Shown here: piece by piece, positions 19,369 to 20,494 of the stretch
Layout of the letters: every line of letters starts with the position of its first letter
Position numbering within the stretch: position 1 is the first letter of the stretch
Assembly: GCF_006345805.1 (NCBI RefSeq)
Contig: NW_021823879.1
Location: 1 to 20,494, forward strand
Reading direction: 5' to 3'
DNA from: Octopus sinensis
Lineage: Eukaryota
Length of the DNA: 20,494 nt
Translations under genes and position numbers: made by a program
Notes under the pieces: generated by a model
Told to the model about the DNA's origin: nothing
Databases searched by the model: none
The model's input: the letters and a program-made list of their open reading frames with translations, nothing else

Positions 19369-20185
19369 CGCAAACACATACATACCACAGTTATATGCAT
19401 ATATATATATATAATATATATATATATATATAATATATATATATACATATCAACATTATCGTTTGCACATACATAGCGTACGTGATTTATTTCTACACCA
19501 ATTGGCTGCAGGACTGCATTCTGCGAAAGCTTTTATACGACGCCGATAGTTAAAGAACTCTGTGTATGTATACACACACACACACACATGAATATATGTA
19601 TGCATGTATGTGTGTGTGTGTGTGTGTATGTATACGAACCAGCAACTATTGCTGCTCACATTGACATATTGAGCAATATAGTCGGAAGGTATCGAAACTA
19701 TGATGATACTTGGTCGACAGCTGATGAGGAACTGAACTCGTCTGTTGTTTATGTGTTTTATGTATACACACATGAATATGCATATGCACATGAGAGCTGT
19801 TTATTATAAGGCATTATGGTAAAGTGTTTAAGAAAACAACTACAAAAAGGAAAGGAAAGCCAAGTAAGAACATCGGTTTACACTTTTACGTAATATTTTA
19901 ATATTGCAGTTTTGAAAACTCACTCATCGAGAGTCCACTGGAGATGATGTCAGTTCTGTGTTATGCAGTAATGTGCTGATGGATGGTCGTGGCATATTAG
20001 CCAGTTAGCTTTGAACATCTTTTGTCTGCTGTTGATAGAGAAATTTAATTCAAGGATAACCTCTTCGTTTCTTGGACGGTCATTACGCCAATAATAATAA
20101 TAAACACACGCATTGGTTCAATATCACATTGTTAGACAATTGGTTAACTATCTAACGAACTAGCTAATCGATAATTTGTTCACCT

Positions 20186-20454
20186 CAGGGTTTCTCAAAC
20201 CATTTTTTCTTTTTCTTTTACCTCTGAACTCCTTTGATTGCTATTTCACTTGGATGGATTCTCATAGCCGTTCGATATTTAAAAATTTGTTTTATATATT
20301 TTTTATAACTGAATATTATTAGAAATTGTATAAAGGATTATTAAGATATTTTGTGTATTGAAGAAATATAGCCAATTTATCGCACATAAAGTTTAACAGC
20401 AAAAATCTTATATGGAACCTTGAGGGTCATATGGACTCTGATTCAGAACTTCTG
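20186..20454 (+). mobile_element. Degenerate hAT/Charlie-like MITE
   Basis: Left end CAGGGTTTCTCAAAC; right end (reverse complement) CAGAAGTTCTGAATC, a 10/15 match. Subterminal atgga(a/c) repeats and AT-rich interior. The 8-bp TSD is not preserved. Confidence 0.5.
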
Positions 20455-20494
20455 GTTTAATGTGTTGGATAAAAAGAAAAACAATCAATTGTTT

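Noticed and set aside
19690-19740. CGAAAC...GTC...CTGATGAG as a type-II hammerhead, or ATGATGA...CTGA as a C/D snoRNA
   Set aside because: Only 5 nt separate the GTC from CTGATGA, so stem I cannot form, and stem II is mismatched. The C-to-D distance is too short for a snoRNA and there is no terminal stem.

Overview
Repeat-dense, AT-rich eukaryotic DNA. The SINE families and microsatellite load suggest a coleoid cephalopod, probably Octopus; this is inferred from recognition, not searched. No host protein-coding exon can be supported, and most listed ORFs are microsatellite artefacts. Identifiable content: (1) a decayed R4/Dong-like LINE fragment (about 1928-3865) split by two tRNA-derived SINEs; (2) a 2.7-kb Helitron-like element (8371-11045, A|TC...hairpin-CTAG|T) nested in a pogo/Tigger-like MITE, carrying a frameshifted LINE ORF1/gag-like gene (RRM-like regions plus CCHC knuckle) with a poly(A) signal but no ORF2; (3) a decayed Penelope-like element (RT plus GIY-YIG) on the minus strand (about 13590-16160), absent from the ORF track and interrupted by an inverted SINE pair and a 17-bp array; (4) four minimal hammerhead-ribozyme-like motifs in short Penelope-type repeats, two of them in a TSD-flanked inverted insertion and two with an unusual CUGU core; (5) many SINEs, a possible hAT MITE and long microsatellites.
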